22,507 bases of DNA from Candidatus Hadarchaeales archaeon (GTDB lineage: Archaea > Hadarchaeota > Hadarchaeia > Hadarchaeales > WYZ-LMO6), in contig JAWCKR010000021.1 of NCBI GenBank assembly GCA_038851755.1, positions 1-22,507 on the forward strand. Reading direction: 5' to 3'. Both the position numbers and the translations under genes were made by a program. Of the stretch, positions 1-10,571 are shown piece by piece. The notes beneath the pieces were generated by a model that saw nothing but the letters and a program-made list of their open reading frames with translations, had not been told where the DNA came from and did not search any database. Each line of letters opens with the position of its first letter. The stretch's first letter is position 1.

Positions 1-2
1 CG

Positions 3-335
3 GCCGTGAACCCCGTCCTCACCACCATGAAATACTTCGGGGAGGAGTACGAGGCCCATCTTAGGGGGAGGTGCCCGGCGAAGGTGTGCAAGGCCTTGAC
101 CGCCTACTCCATAAATCCCGACAGGTGCCAGGGGTGCCTGGTGTGTTTCAAGAACTGCCCCACTGGTGCCATCCGAGGTGAGAGGGAGGTGGTGCATGTG
201 ATCGAGCAGGAAAAGTGCATCAGGTGCGGGATATGCTACGCCACCTGTCCCTTCGGAGCGGTGGAGAAGCTCTCTCCACCCGTAGCCCCCCCGGCCACGT
301 ACGGGCTGAGGGTGAAGAAGGAGGTGAGGAAGTGA
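3..335 (+). CDS. C-terminal part (5'-truncated by window) of NuoF/HydB (BfuB)-like flavoprotein subunit with C-terminal 2x[4Fe-4S] domain
   Basis: NPVLTTMKYFGEEYEAHLRGRCPAKVC matches the HydB/NuoF C-terminal signature; two CxxCxxCxxxCP motifs follow; frame open from window start. Confidence 0.85.
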   Translation, partial: AVNPVLTTMKYFGEEYEAHLRGRCPAKVCKALTAYSINPDRCQGCLVCFKNCPTGAIRGEREVVHVIEQEKCIRCGICYATCPFGAVEKLSPPVAPPATYGLRVKKEVRK

Positions 336-925
336 AGGAGGTCACGCTGGAAATCGACGGGAAGGTCGTGAGGGCCAGGGAAGGCATGACCGTGCTCCAA
401 GCGGCCAGAGAGGCCGGAATAGAGATCCCCACCCTCTGTTACCACGAGGAGATGGAGCCCTACGGGGCCTGCAGGATCTGCGTGGTGGAGGTGGAGAGGG
501 GAGGGAGGTCCAGGACCGTGGCCTCCTGCTGCTACCCCGCGGAGGAGGGCCTGAAGGTGAGGACGAGGACCCCCAAGATCGACAGGGTGAGGAAGACCAT
601 CTTGGAGCTGGCGGCCGTCACCGCCGGGGAAGATGTGGGTGGAGAAGTAAGGGCCCTGGCCCACCAGTACGGGGCAAACCTTTCGCGCTTCGCCTCCCTG
701 AACCTGGTGGAGCCCAGCAAGTGCATCCTCTGCGGTCTCTGCGTGAGGCGCTGCATGGAGGCCCAGTGGGACAACGCCGTAGACTTCGTGGGCAGAGGGG
801 TGGAAAGAAGGGTGGCGCTGATGCCCGGAAAGGAAGAAGCTTGTAGGACGTGCTCCTACTGCTACAGGCTTTGCCCCACCGGGAGGATCACTTCCTTCGG
901 GCCCAACCCTCCTTTCTCCCTCTAG
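332..925 (+). CDS. NuoG/HydA N-terminal-like Fe-S protein ([2Fe-2S] plus 2x[4Fe-4S]), no catalytic domain
   Basis: GTG start overlaps upstream stop (GTGA) with GGAGGTGA RBS at 320-327; IPTLCY...GACRICVVE...ASC [2Fe-2S] motif; CILCGLCVRRC and CRTCSYCYRLCP. Confidence 0.85.
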   Translation: MKEVTLEIDGKVVRAREGMTVLQAAREAGIEIPTLCYHEEMEPYGACRICVVEVERGGRSRTVASCCYPAEEGLKVRTRTPKIDRVRKTILELAAVTAGEDVGGEVRALAHQYGANLSRFASLNLVEPSKCILCGLCVRRCMEAQWDNAVDFVGRGVERRVALMPGKEEACRTCSYCYRLCPTGRITSFGPNPPFSL

Positions 926-926
926 G

Positions 927-1589
927 TTATCCCAGTTCCAGTAGCAGGAAAGTCAGGATTCTGTCCAGCCAGAAGCGCATCAGATCCAGGAGCGGCCCGT
1001 CCGTCTTCCACATGTAGACTCCGTAGGTCCTGGGCTCCTTTCCAGGGGAGAGAGGTATGAGTTTGGGGAATTCCCCCAGCTTCTTGTGTTCGGAGAGTTC
1101 CCTCAATTCCTCTGCCAGCTCGTTGAAGGATTGCAGCAGCTCTTCCACCGAGCGCTCCCCCTCCTCCGCCCTCTCCACCCCTATGGAGAGTTCCATGGCC
1201 TTCAGGAGGAGCCGGTACCTCGCGGAGAGCCTGGGATCGTCCAGCTCTCCTCTCACCTTGTCCAGGTTCTCCAGCGCCCACCCCCAGAACTTGTATTGCA
1301 GGAGCCTCTCCTTCTCCTCCAGCTCCCTCCTCGCCTCCGCTATCCTCTTCAGCTCTCCCATCAGCTCTCTTCTCTCCTCCTCCGCCAGCTCGCCTATCCC
1401 GCGGGAGGTGATGCGCGTTTTTCGTCCTTCCTCCTCGATGAGACCCCTCAGGCGCAGTTGCCTCAACTCCTCCTCCAACATGGACTCCTCCAGGCGCAGG
1501 CGAGAGGCCAGTTGCTCGAAGTCCAGGTAGCGGGGATGCGTGTCCCTCAAGAGCTTCAGGATTTCTCTCCTGCGGGTTTCCGGGGGCAT
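927..1589 (-). CDS. Hypothetical protein: N-terminal winged helix-turn-helix, coiled coil, unknown C-terminus
   Basis: 220 aa ORF with genome-typical E/R/L usage; EILKLL...LASRL...LRQLRLRGLIEE...RITSRG is a wHTH pattern. Confidence 0.65.
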   Translation of the reverse strand: MPPETRRREILKLLRDTHPRYLDFEQLASRLRLEESMLEEELRQLRLRGLIEEEGRKTRITSRGIGELAEEERRELMGELKRIAEARRELEEKERLLQYKFWGWALENLDKVRGELDDPRLSARYRLLLKAMELSIGVERAEEGERSVEELLQSFNELAEELRELSEHKKLGEFPKLIPLSPGKEPRTYGVYMWKTDGPLLDLMRFWLDRILTFLLLELG

Positions 1590-1732
1590 CTTCCCATTTT
1601 TCCTGGGATGAAAGAGGGAAAAAGACTTCCCTTATATCAGTATTTACTTCAGGAAAACGTTTTTTTCCTTCTTTCTCGACCAGAGAAACCTTCTTCCCCG
1701 TTCTGGTGGAAAGGGGGAGAGGATTCGCTTGA

Positions 1733-1740
1733 TTTATATA
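1733..1740 (+). promoter_or_regulatory. TATA box of nfnAB (probably leaderless mRNA)
   Basis: TTTATATA ending 24 nt before ATG 1765. Confidence 0.6.
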
Positions 1741-1764
1741 GGAGGGCCCGACAAATCTTTGCCG

Positions 1765-4031
<2,267 letters not shown>

Positions 4032-4074
4032 AGCGTCGCTCGGGTACCCCGACGCTGGCGGTGCTCTCCCACCG
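4032..4074. other. Two adjacent stem-loops just after the nfnB stop (possible terminator or element end)
   Basis: AGCGTCG(4032-38)...GGGTACCC...CGACGCT(4050-56); CGGTG-CTCTCC-CACCG(4059-74). Confidence 0.45.
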
Positions 4075-4076
4075 AG

Positions 4077-4096
4077 GAAAGTATAAATGGTATACT
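4077..4096 (+). promoter_or_regulatory. BRE/TATA promoter of TA operon with overlapping palindromic operator
   Basis: GAAAAGTATAAAT about 25 nt before ATG 4111; AGTATA-AATGG-TATACT palindrome 4080-4096. Confidence 0.65.
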
Positions 4097-4110
4097 GAGA
4101 ATACCTGCTG

Positions 4111-4329
4111 ATGTCCGCCACCACGATAAAGGTGAGTTTGAAGACGAAGGAAACCCTGCGTTCCCTCGGCGAGAAGGGGATGTCGTATGACGAGATCATC
4201 CAGGAGGTCGTGGCGGGGTATCTGGCCCACGTTGAAGAGCTGCTCGAGAGGCTGAAGGAGTTCCCGAAGGGCAGGTCGCTCAAGGAGATAGTCGATGAGC
4301 TTGAGGGTCGTTCTCCACCCAGCCGCTGA
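4111..4329 (+). CDS. Antitoxin, ribbon-helix-helix type
   Basis: MSATTIKVSLKTKETLRSLG..GMSYDEII is the archaeal TTI.V...T...L..L....SYD..I RHH pattern; 72 aa, directly upstream of and overlapping a RelE-like gene. Confidence 0.75.
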   Translation: MSATTIKVSLKTKETLRSLGEKGMSYDEIIQEVVAGYLAHVEELLERLKEFPKGRSLKEIVDELEGRSPPSR

Positions 4330-4618
4330 GCGCGAGTTGAAGAAAATCCATAAGGAAAGGGAGAGCTTCCGGAGAATCGTTAAGGCAATCAGCGACTACG
4401 CCGAAACCGGAAGGGGAGACGTTAGGGTGGTGGCATCGGCGAAGAGGCAGGAAGAAACCCTGCTGGCCCTGAGGGTTGGTGAATGGAGAATCCACTTCGG
4501 TGTCATCGGTGACACGATGTACGTGGTGGGGATGGAAAGACGACCGAAGGCTTATCAACCCTGGGTCCTTGAGGTGGCGAGGCGCAGACTGAGGGAGCTT
4601 GGTGTCGAGCTGGGGTGA
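4295..4618 (+). CDS. RelE/ParE-family type II toxin
   Basis: VVLHPAAERELKKI...GRGDV...LRVGEWRIHF...RR..AY; 107 aa. Confidence 0.8.
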   Translation: MSLRVVLHPAAERELKKIHKERESFRRIVKAISDYAETGRGDVRVVASAKRQEETLLALRVGEWRIHFGVIGDTMYVVGMERRPKAYQPWVLEVARRRLRELGVELG

Positions 4619-4721
4619 GGCAGACCCTCGAGCCCCCCAGGTGCCTGAGAAAACACCAGCGGGAGTCAGTCACTCGTGGCTTGAACGAGGGCCGATGGGT
4701 GGACCCAACCTCCCAAGATAC

Positions 4722-4748
4722 TCGGACTGGGAGCCGGTCAACGCCTGA
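4722..4748 (+). repeat. Direct repeat copy 2 of nfnB 3' end
   Basis: TCGGACTGGGAGCCGGTCAACGCCTGA, reads SDWEPVNA* versus SDWKPVNA* of NfnB. Confidence 0.9.
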
Positions 4749-4782
4749 GGACCATCTTTTTAAATCCGGAGTGAAGAGCTGG

Positions 4783-5178
4783 ATGGGGGAAAGCTTGGGA
4801 CAGGTGCTGGCGAGCAGGTTGCGGGGCATGACCGTGGTGACGGACAGGGGGTTGAACCTGGGCAAACTCTCCGACCTGATTATGGACGAGAACACGGGTG
4901 CCATTCTCTCCCTGGTGGTGAAGCCCGCGGAGAAGGGACTGCTGGACAACCTCCCCAAGGACGACAGGGGGCTGCCCGTGATCGCCTACAGCTCCGTGAT
5001 CGCGATCAAGGAGCTCATCGTGGTGAACGAGAGGGTGCTGGCCATCCACCAGATGAAGGCCTCCGGGGCGGGCGTCTCCTTACCCAGCGCACCCGCACCG
5101 GCGGAGGCCACCACCGTTACCACCGCTCCACCTGCCGGCACGGGTCAGACGGGGTCCGCGGGGCAGGCTTCCTCCTGA
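4783..5178 (+). CDS. PRC-barrel domain protein (CdpB-like) with Ala/Pro/Thr-rich tail
   Basis: LASRLRGMTVVTDRGLNLGKLSDLIMDENTGAILSLVV...IAYSSVIAIKELIVV; TTTTTAAA at 4757-4764 favours start 4783 over 4615. Confidence 0.8.
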   Translation: MGESLGQVLASRLRGMTVVTDRGLNLGKLSDLIMDENTGAILSLVVKPAEKGLLDNLPKDDRGLPVIAYSSVIAIKELIVVNERVLAIHQMKASGAGVSLPSAPAPAEATTVTTAPPAGTGQTGSAGQASS

Positions 5179-5179
5179 G

Positions 5180-5869
5180 CTACCATCCCACGAACAGACG
5201 GGAGGCGAGTTCCGGGGGGAGTCCGGCTTTCCTTATCCCCTCCGCCGCTTCCTCGACGTCGTATTCCACCCTCCCGAACTCCGCCTCCACCTCCCCGTCC
5301 TCCACCTCCAGCACCAGGTAGCTGGCCCTGGGGTCCCTGTCCCTGGGCTGTCCCACCCCTCCCGGGTTCAGCACCAGCTTCCCCTGGATGAGCCGCCGCA
5401 TGGGGACATGGGTATGACCCAGCAAGATCACCTCCGCCTCGACCTTCCTCACCAGCTCCAGCAGGGAGTGCTGGGGGAGGTCGGGGAAGACGTACTCGAA
5501 GAGGGGGTCGCGTGGGGAGCCGTGCACCACGTAGAGCCTCACCCCCTCCCTGGTGAGCCTGAGTTCCTCGGGGAGGGAGCGCAGGTACTTCCGGTTGGGC
5601 TCCGTTAGCTGTTCCTTCGTCCAGAGGGCGGCCCTCCTGGCCGAGGGGTTGAACCACTCCACCTCCCCCGTGACGGCCGCGTAGTCGTGGTTCCCCATCA
5701 CCGCCGGAAGCCCCTTCGTGCGGAAGAGGTCCACCACCTCGTTGGGCTGGGAGGCGTAGCCCACCAGGTCTCCGGCGCAGAGGAGTTCGTCCACCCTTCC
5801 CATGTCCTCCAGCACCGCCCTCAGGGCAGGGAGGTTGGAGTGGATGTCCGAGATCACCCCGATCCTCAT
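5180..5869 (-). CDS. Metallophosphoesterase (calcineurin-like, YfcE/MJ0912 type)
   Basis: SDIHSN, GDLVGY, GNHD, HGSP, GHTH, NPGGVGQPRD; ATGA overlap with Elp3 stop. Confidence 0.9.
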   Translation of the reverse strand: MRIGVISDIHSNLPALRAVLEDMGRVDELLCAGDLVGYASQPNEVVDLFRTKGLPAVMGNHDYAAVTGEVEWFNPSARRAALWTKEQLTEPNRKYLRSLPEELRLTREGVRLYVVHGSPRDPLFEYVFPDLPQHSLLELVRKVEAEVILLGHTHVPMRRLIQGKLVLNPGGVGQPRDRDPRASYLVLEVEDGEVEAEFGRVEYDVEEAAEGIRKAGLPPELASRLFVGW

Positions 5870-7260
5870 CCTCCCACCTCCTTGCACATGTACGGTCCCT
5901 CCCTCCTGTACCCCAGCCTCCTGTAGTACTCCCTCACCCCTATCCCGGAGAGCACCGCCACCTTCTCCTTTCCCCTCTCCACCGCCAGGCGCTCGGCCTC
6001 TTCCAGCAGGGTCCTGCCCAACCCGCGGTGCTGCCAGGCCCCCTCTCCGGGTTTCTCCCCCACGGGCACCAGGGGGCCGTAGACATGGAGTTCCCTCACC
6101 ACGGCCGCCCCTTCCAGCTCCGGTCGATGGGCCCTTGGAGAGGGGAGCCTGAGCCTGAGGAGGGCCACGAGCACGTCCTTCTCCGGTGCCTCCCAGGAGA
6201 GGAAGACCTCCTCACCTCCCGAGGCCCTGTAGCTCCTCCTCACCAGCTCCAGTTCTTCGGGGCGCAGCTTCCCCCTGAAGCGTCCCACCTCCCTGCAGCG
6301 GATGCACCGGCAGCGCAGGCCCAGGGAGGCCATCCTCTGCTGGACCATGGCCCTGAGGTCGCCTCTCTCCGGACCGGCGGAGACCAGGTTCAGGGGGATG
6401 TCCCTCTGCACGCGCTGGATCCTTACCCAGGGGGGAACGAGGAGCTTGATCCTCAGGAGGAGGTCCAGCAGGGTCTCGGGGGGAAATGGCCGGTACTCGC
6501 CCCTTTCCCACCTCCTGTGTAGCTCCGTGCCAGGCAAGACCAGCGTGGGGTAGAGCTTCACGGCATCTGGCCTGAACCTTTCGTCCTCGAAGACCCTCCT
6601 GCACACCTCCAGGTCCTTTTCCGGATCGGAGCCTGGTAGGTTGAGCATCAGGTGGTATACCACGGCGAGTCCAGCGTCCCTGGCTACCCTCGTAGCCTCC
6701 TCCACCTCCTTCGCCCCGTGTTTTCTCCCCACCTCTGCCAGGACCCCTTCGTCGAGCGTCTGCACCCCCAGCTCCACCCTGGTGGCCCCCAGCTCCAGCA
6801 TCAGGTCCACGTGTTCTTCACGGCACCAGTCCGGCCTGGTCTCGAGCCCCAGGTCGCTCACCCTCACCCCTGCCACCTCCCCCTTGCCTTGCGCCTCTTC
6901 CAGGGTGGAGGAACGGGTACCCGCGAGGGCGTCCAGGCACTCCTTCACGAACCACCTCAGGTATTCCTCGGGGTAGGAAGTGAGGGTCCCGCCGAAGAGG
7001 AGGAGTTCCACCTTGTCCACCCTGTGCCCTATCTCCCTCAGCTGCTCCACCCTGCTCCTCACCTGCAGGTAGGGGTCGTACCCGTGCTGGAGGGCCCTGG
7101 CCGAGGCCGGTTCCTTCCCCGTGTAGGACTGTGGGACCCCCTGCTCCGGTCCGCCTGGGCAGTAGGCGCACCTCCCGTGGGGGCAGGGACGCGGCTCCAC
7201 CATCGCGGTGATCACGCACACCCCGCTCAGGCTGCGCACGGGTTTTTTCACCGCCTGCAT
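5866..7260 (-). CDS. elp3: Elp3 tRNA uridine(34) acetyltransferase (radical SAM plus GNAT)
   Basis: CPHGRCAYCPGGP, PQSYTGKEP, ETRPD, ELGVQT, RVQRDIP, CRCIRCRE, RELHVYG, QHRGLG, GVREYY. Confidence 0.95.
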   Translation of the reverse strand: MQAVKKPVRSLSGVCVITAMVEPRPCPHGRCAYCPGGPEQGVPQSYTGKEPASARALQHGYDPYLQVRSRVEQLREIGHRVDKVELLLFGGTLTSYPEEYLRWFVKECLDALAGTRSSTLEEAQGKGEVAGVRVSDLGLETRPDWCREEHVDLMLELGATRVELGVQTLDEGVLAEVGRKHGAKEVEEATRVARDAGLAVVYHLMLNLPGSDPEKDLEVCRRVFEDERFRPDAVKLYPTLVLPGTELHRRWERGEYRPFPPETLLDLLLRIKLLVPPWVRIQRVQRDIPLNLVSAGPERGDLRAMVQQRMASLGLRCRCIRCREVGRFRGKLRPEELELVRRSYRASGGEEVFLSWEAPEKDVLVALLRLRLPSPRAHRPELEGAAVVRELHVYGPLVPVGEKPGEGAWQHRGLGRTLLEEAERLAVERGKEKVAVLSGIGVREYYRRLGYRREGPYMCKEVGG

Positions 7261-7280
7261 CTCTCCACCTCTTTCCCCCG

Positions 7281-7290
7281 GAAATAAATC
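7281..7290. promoter_or_regulatory. Probable shared bidirectional TATA element for elp3 and hel308
   Basis: Only AT-rich tract (GAAATAAATC) in a 52-bp divergent gap, about 21-30 nt from both starts. Confidence 0.45.
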
Positions 7291-7312
7291 GTGGGGGGAA
7301 GAAAGGGGGGAG

Positions 7313-9478
7313 ATGAGGGTGAGGGAGGTCTGCGAGAGGTGGGGGATTCCACAGGTGGCGGAGGTGCTGGAGAAGGAGGGAATGGTTGCCCTCTATCCCC
7401 CCCAAGAGGAGGCCGTGAGGAAGGGGGTGATGGAGGGAAAGAGCCTGGTGCTGGCCGTTCCCACCGCAGGGGGGAAGACCCTGGCGGCGGAGCTGTGCAT
7501 GCTCCGCTCCATCTTGGTGGACGGGGGAAAGGCTCTATACATCGTGCCCCTGAGGGCGCTGGCCAGCGAAAAGTACGAGGAGTTCAGGGGGAGGTACGGT
7601 CCCCTCGGCGTGAAGGTGGGGATAAGCACGGGGGACTTCGACACCGCCGACACCAGGCTGGCCAGGTACGATCTGCTGGTGGCCACGTCTGAGAAGGTGG
7701 ACTCCCTCCTGAGACACAGGGCGAAGTGGCTGGCGGACGTGGTCTCGGTGGTGGTGCTGGATGAGGTGCACCTGATCAACGACCCGGACAGGGGACCCAC
7801 GCTGGAGGTCCTCACCGCCAGGCTCAGGCAGGTGAACCCGGGGGTGCAGGTGCTGGCCCTGAGCGCCACGGTGAGGAACGCGGAGGAGCTGGCGGAGTGG
7901 CTGGGGGCGGAGCTGGTGAGGAGCGACTGGAGACCGGTGCCCCTGAAGAGGGGGGTGTTCTGGCAGGGGAGGATCTTGTTTGAGGACGGGGGAAAGAGGG
8001 AGGTGGGTGAAGGAGAGGCCCTCACCGCCCTCACCCTGGACACCCTGAGGGAGGGAGGGCAGGTCCTGATTTTCGTGAACACCCGCAAGTCCGCCCAGAC
8101 CGTCGCCTCCTCTCTCTCCGAGAAGGTCGCCCCGCTGCTGAAGGAGGAGGAGAGGAGGGAGCTGGGTGAGGTGGCAGGGAGGGTGGAGGGGGCGCTGGGG
8201 GAGCCCACGAGGACCTGCAGGGAGCTGGCCAGGTGCGTCCGCGCGGGCACGGCCTTCCACCACGCGGGACTCCACCACGACCAGCGCAGGGCCGTGGAGG
8301 AAGCCTTCAGGGGGAACCTGCTGAAGGTGGTGTGCGCTACCCCTACGCTGGCGGCGGGAATGAATCTCCCCGCGCGTAGGGTGGTGGTGAGGGACTACAG
8401 GAGGTACTCGGAGACCTTTGGCTCCACCCTCATCCCCGTGCTTGAGATTCAGCAGATGATGGGGAGGGCGGGGAGGCCGAAGTACGATCGGTACGGGGAG
8501 GCGGTGATGGTGGCCAGGAGCGAGGGGGAGGTGGAGGTGCTCATGGAGGAGTACGTGAGGGGGGAGCCGGAGCGGCTGGTGTCGAAGCTGGGGACGGAGC
8601 CGGCCCTCCGCACGCACGTGCTCGCATGCGTGGCCTCAGGGTACGCGGCCACGGTGGGTGACGTGCTGGGGTTCATGGGAGGGACCTTCTTCTCCCACCA
8701 GTTCGAGGTGAGGGCCATGGAGGGTGTGGTGGAGAGGGTGCTGGACTTCCTGGAGGAGGAGGACATGGTGAGGAGGGAGGGGGAGAGGCTCACGGCCACC
8801 CCCTTCGGGGAGCTGGTCTCCCGCCTGTACGTCGACCCCCTCTCCGGGGTGGTCCTGAGGAGGGGACTGGAGGGAATCTCGAAGGGGGAACCGGCTCCGC
8901 TGGGCCTCCTGCACCTGATCTGCAGCACCCCGGACATGGAGAAGCTCTACCTGGGAAGGGGGGAGGAGGCGGAGTTCGAGGCCCTGACGGAGGAGAGGTG
9001 GAGGGAGTTTCTGTTGCCCATTCCCGAGGACCCGGAGGACTTCGAGTTCTTCCTGGCGGAGGTGAAGACGGCCAGGATGCTGGAGAGCTGGGTGGAGGAG
9101 GTCCACGAGGAGAGGATCCACGAGGAGTTCGGGGTGGGTGCGGGGGACATAAGGAGGATGGTGGAAACGGCGGCCTGGCTTCTGCACGCCGCCCACGAGC
9201 TAGCCAGGCTCCTGAGGGCGAGGAAGGCCCTTGCGCCCCTGAGGAAGCTGGAGGAGAGGGTGAGGTACGGGGTGAAAGAGGAACTGCTGGAGCTGGTGCA
9301 GCTGTCCGGGGTGGGGAGAGTGAGGGCCAGGAACCTGTGGAGGGCGGGGTACAGGAGGCTTGAGGACCTGAGGAGGGCGACGGTGGAGCAGCTGGCTTCC
9401 GTTCCCACCATAGGTCCCGAAACGGCGAAAAGTTTGAAGCGCCAGGTGGAGGAGGGAGCATGGAGGAGTGGGACCTGA
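7313..9478 (+). CDS. hel308: Ski2-like ATP-dependent DNA helicase Hel308/Hjm
   Basis: LYPPQ, PTAGGKT, PLRALA, DEVH, LSAT, HHAGL, TPTLAAGMNLPA, QMMGRAGRP, GVGRVRAR C-terminal HhH. Confidence 0.95.
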   Translation: MRVREVCERWGIPQVAEVLEKEGMVALYPPQEEAVRKGVMEGKSLVLAVPTAGGKTLAAELCMLRSILVDGGKALYIVPLRALASEKYEEFRGRYGPLGVKVGISTGDFDTADTRLARYDLLVATSEKVDSLLRHRAKWLADVVSVVVLDEVHLINDPDRGPTLEVLTARLRQVNPGVQVLALSATVRNAEELAEWLGAELVRSDWRPVPLKRGVFWQGRILFEDGGKREVGEGEALTALTLDTLREGGQVLIFVNTRKSAQTVASSLSEKVAPLLKEEERRELGEVAGRVEGALGEPTRTCRELARCVRAGTAFHHAGLHHDQRRAVEEAFRGNLLKVVCATPTLAAGMNLPARRVVVRDYRRYSETFGSTLIPVLEIQQMMGRAGRPKYDRYGEAVMVARSEGEVEVLMEEYVRGEPERLVSKLGTEPALRTHVLACVASGYAATVGDVLGFMGGTFFSHQFEVRAMEGVVERVLDFLEEEDMVRREGERLTATPFGELVSRLYVDPLSGVVLRRGLEGISKGEPAPLGLLHLICSTPDMEKLYLGRGEEAEFEALTEERWREFLLPIPEDPEDFEFFLAEVKTARMLESWVEEVHEERIHEEFGVGAGDIRRMVETAAWLLHAAHELARLLRARKALAPLRKLEERVRYGVKEELLELVQLSGVGRVRARNLWRAGYRRLEDLRRATVEQLASVPTIGPETAKSLKRQVEEGAWRSGT

Positions 9479-10368
9479 TCGTGGTGGGTGGAGGGCCAGC
9501 GGGTCTCACGGCCGGAATCTACGGGGTGAGGGGTGGACTGAGGACGCTGGTGCTGGAGGGTAAGGGGGTGGGCGGCAGGATGCTTGAGGCCCCCCTGATA
9601 GAGAACTACCCGGGAGTCCCCCCCATGCCAGGAGCGGAGCTGGCGTCCAGGATGGCGGAGCACTGCAGGAGACAGGGGGCGGAGGTGAGGGAGGGGGAGG
9701 AGGTGAAGGAGCTGCTGGTGGGGGAGAAGAGGGGAGCGGTGACGGAGAAGGGGGAGTACCGGGCCGGGGCCCTGGTGCTGGCCATGGGGGTGAGGCACAG
9801 GACGCTCGGGGTGCCGGGGGAGAAGGAGTTCGCGGGGAAGGGGGTGAGCTACTGCCCGGTGTGCGACGGCCCCCTGTTCAGGAGGAAGAGAGTGGTGGTG
9901 GTGGGGGGAGGAAACTCGGCGGTCTCCACCGCTCTCTACCTGAGCGGCCTGGCCTCGGAGGTAACGCTGGTGCACCGGAGGGGGGAGCTGAGGGCGGATC
10001 CCGTGCTGGCGGGGAAGCTTGAGGGAAAGGTCAGGATCCTGTGGAACAGGGTAGTGGAGGAGATAGCGGGAGAGGGGAGGGTGAGGAAGGTGAGGCTCAG
10101 GGAGGTGAGGACAGGGGAGAGGGAGGAGGTGGAGACGGACGGGGTCTTCGTAACGGTGGGGGAGGAGCCGAACAGCGAGCTGGCCAAGAGGGCGGGAATA
10201 AGGACGGACGAGGGGGGGTACATCGTGGTGGATAGAAGGCAGAGGACGAGCGCGGAGGGGGTGTACGCGGCGGGTGACGTGACGGACTTTCCCGTGAAGC
10301 AGGTAACGGCTGCCGTGGCGCAGGGGATGGTGGCGGCCTTGGAGGCCCGTTCCTTCCTCAAGGGTTAA
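9460..10368 (+). CDS. trxB: Thioredoxin-disulfide reductase
   Basis: GGGPAG, IENYPG, GVSYCPVCDG, GGGNSA, HRR, YAAGD. Confidence 0.92.
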   Translation: MEEWDLIVVGGGPAGLTAGIYGVRGGLRTLVLEGKGVGGRMLEAPLIENYPGVPPMPGAELASRMAEHCRRQGAEVREGEEVKELLVGEKRGAVTEKGEYRAGALVLAMGVRHRTLGVPGEKEFAGKGVSYCPVCDGPLFRRKRVVVVGGGNSAVSTALYLSGLASEVTLVHRRGELRADPVLAGKLEGKVRILWNRVVEEIAGEGRVRKVRLREVRTGEREEVETDGVFVTVGEEPNSELAKRAGIRTDEGGYIVVDRRQRTSAEGVYAAGDVTDFPVKQVTAAVAQGMVAALEARSFLKG

Positions 10369-10402
10369 GGTTTTTGGGAGAGAAGGCACAAAGGAGGAAA
10401 GT

Positions 10403-10490
10403 GCGGGGGTAGCCAAGCCAGGTCAAAGGCGCCAGATTCAGGGTCTGGTCCCGAAGGGGTTCGGGGGTTCAAATCCCCTCCCCCGCACCA
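10403..10490 (+). tRNA. tRNA-Leu (anticodon CAG), long variable arm, encoded CCA
   Basis: Acceptor GCGGGGG/CCCCCGC, anticodon arm CCAGA-TTCAGGG-TCTGG, T arm GGGGG-TTCAAAT-CCCCT, ends ACCA then TTTT. Confidence 0.95.
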
Positions 10491-10571
10491 TTTTCAGTGC
10501 TCGTGGAAAAGATAGCGTCTAGAAGGGGGGTTTACATCGAGATTAAATGGCGTCGTATTTACTTTCATTAA

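Larger units (their letters stand above)
4032..4748. mobile_element. Putative inserted TA mini-island with target-end duplication; no recombinase gene
   Basis: Only the TA pair and its promoter lie between the 27-bp direct repeats. Confidence 0.6.

Noticed and set aside
215-331. ORF-track upstream extensions (also 1729, 4615, 5887, 7208, 13006, 13633, 19366, 20530 starts)
   Set aside because: They overlap neighbouring genes or promoters; downstream starts fit RBS/TATA spacing and family N-termini better
905-1710. Possible duplication of the Fe-S gene 3' end (AACCCTCCTTTCTCCCTCTAG) near 1687-1706, flanking the wHTH gene
   Set aside because: Only about 14/21 matches with a gap in pyrimidine-rich sequence; not distinguishable from chance
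8947-10416. Long antisense ORFs (489 aa here; also 7535-8617, 13606-14487, 19473-20507 and others)
   Set aside because: Shadow frames of well-supported genes in high-GC DNA; Pro/His/Ser-rich with no motifs
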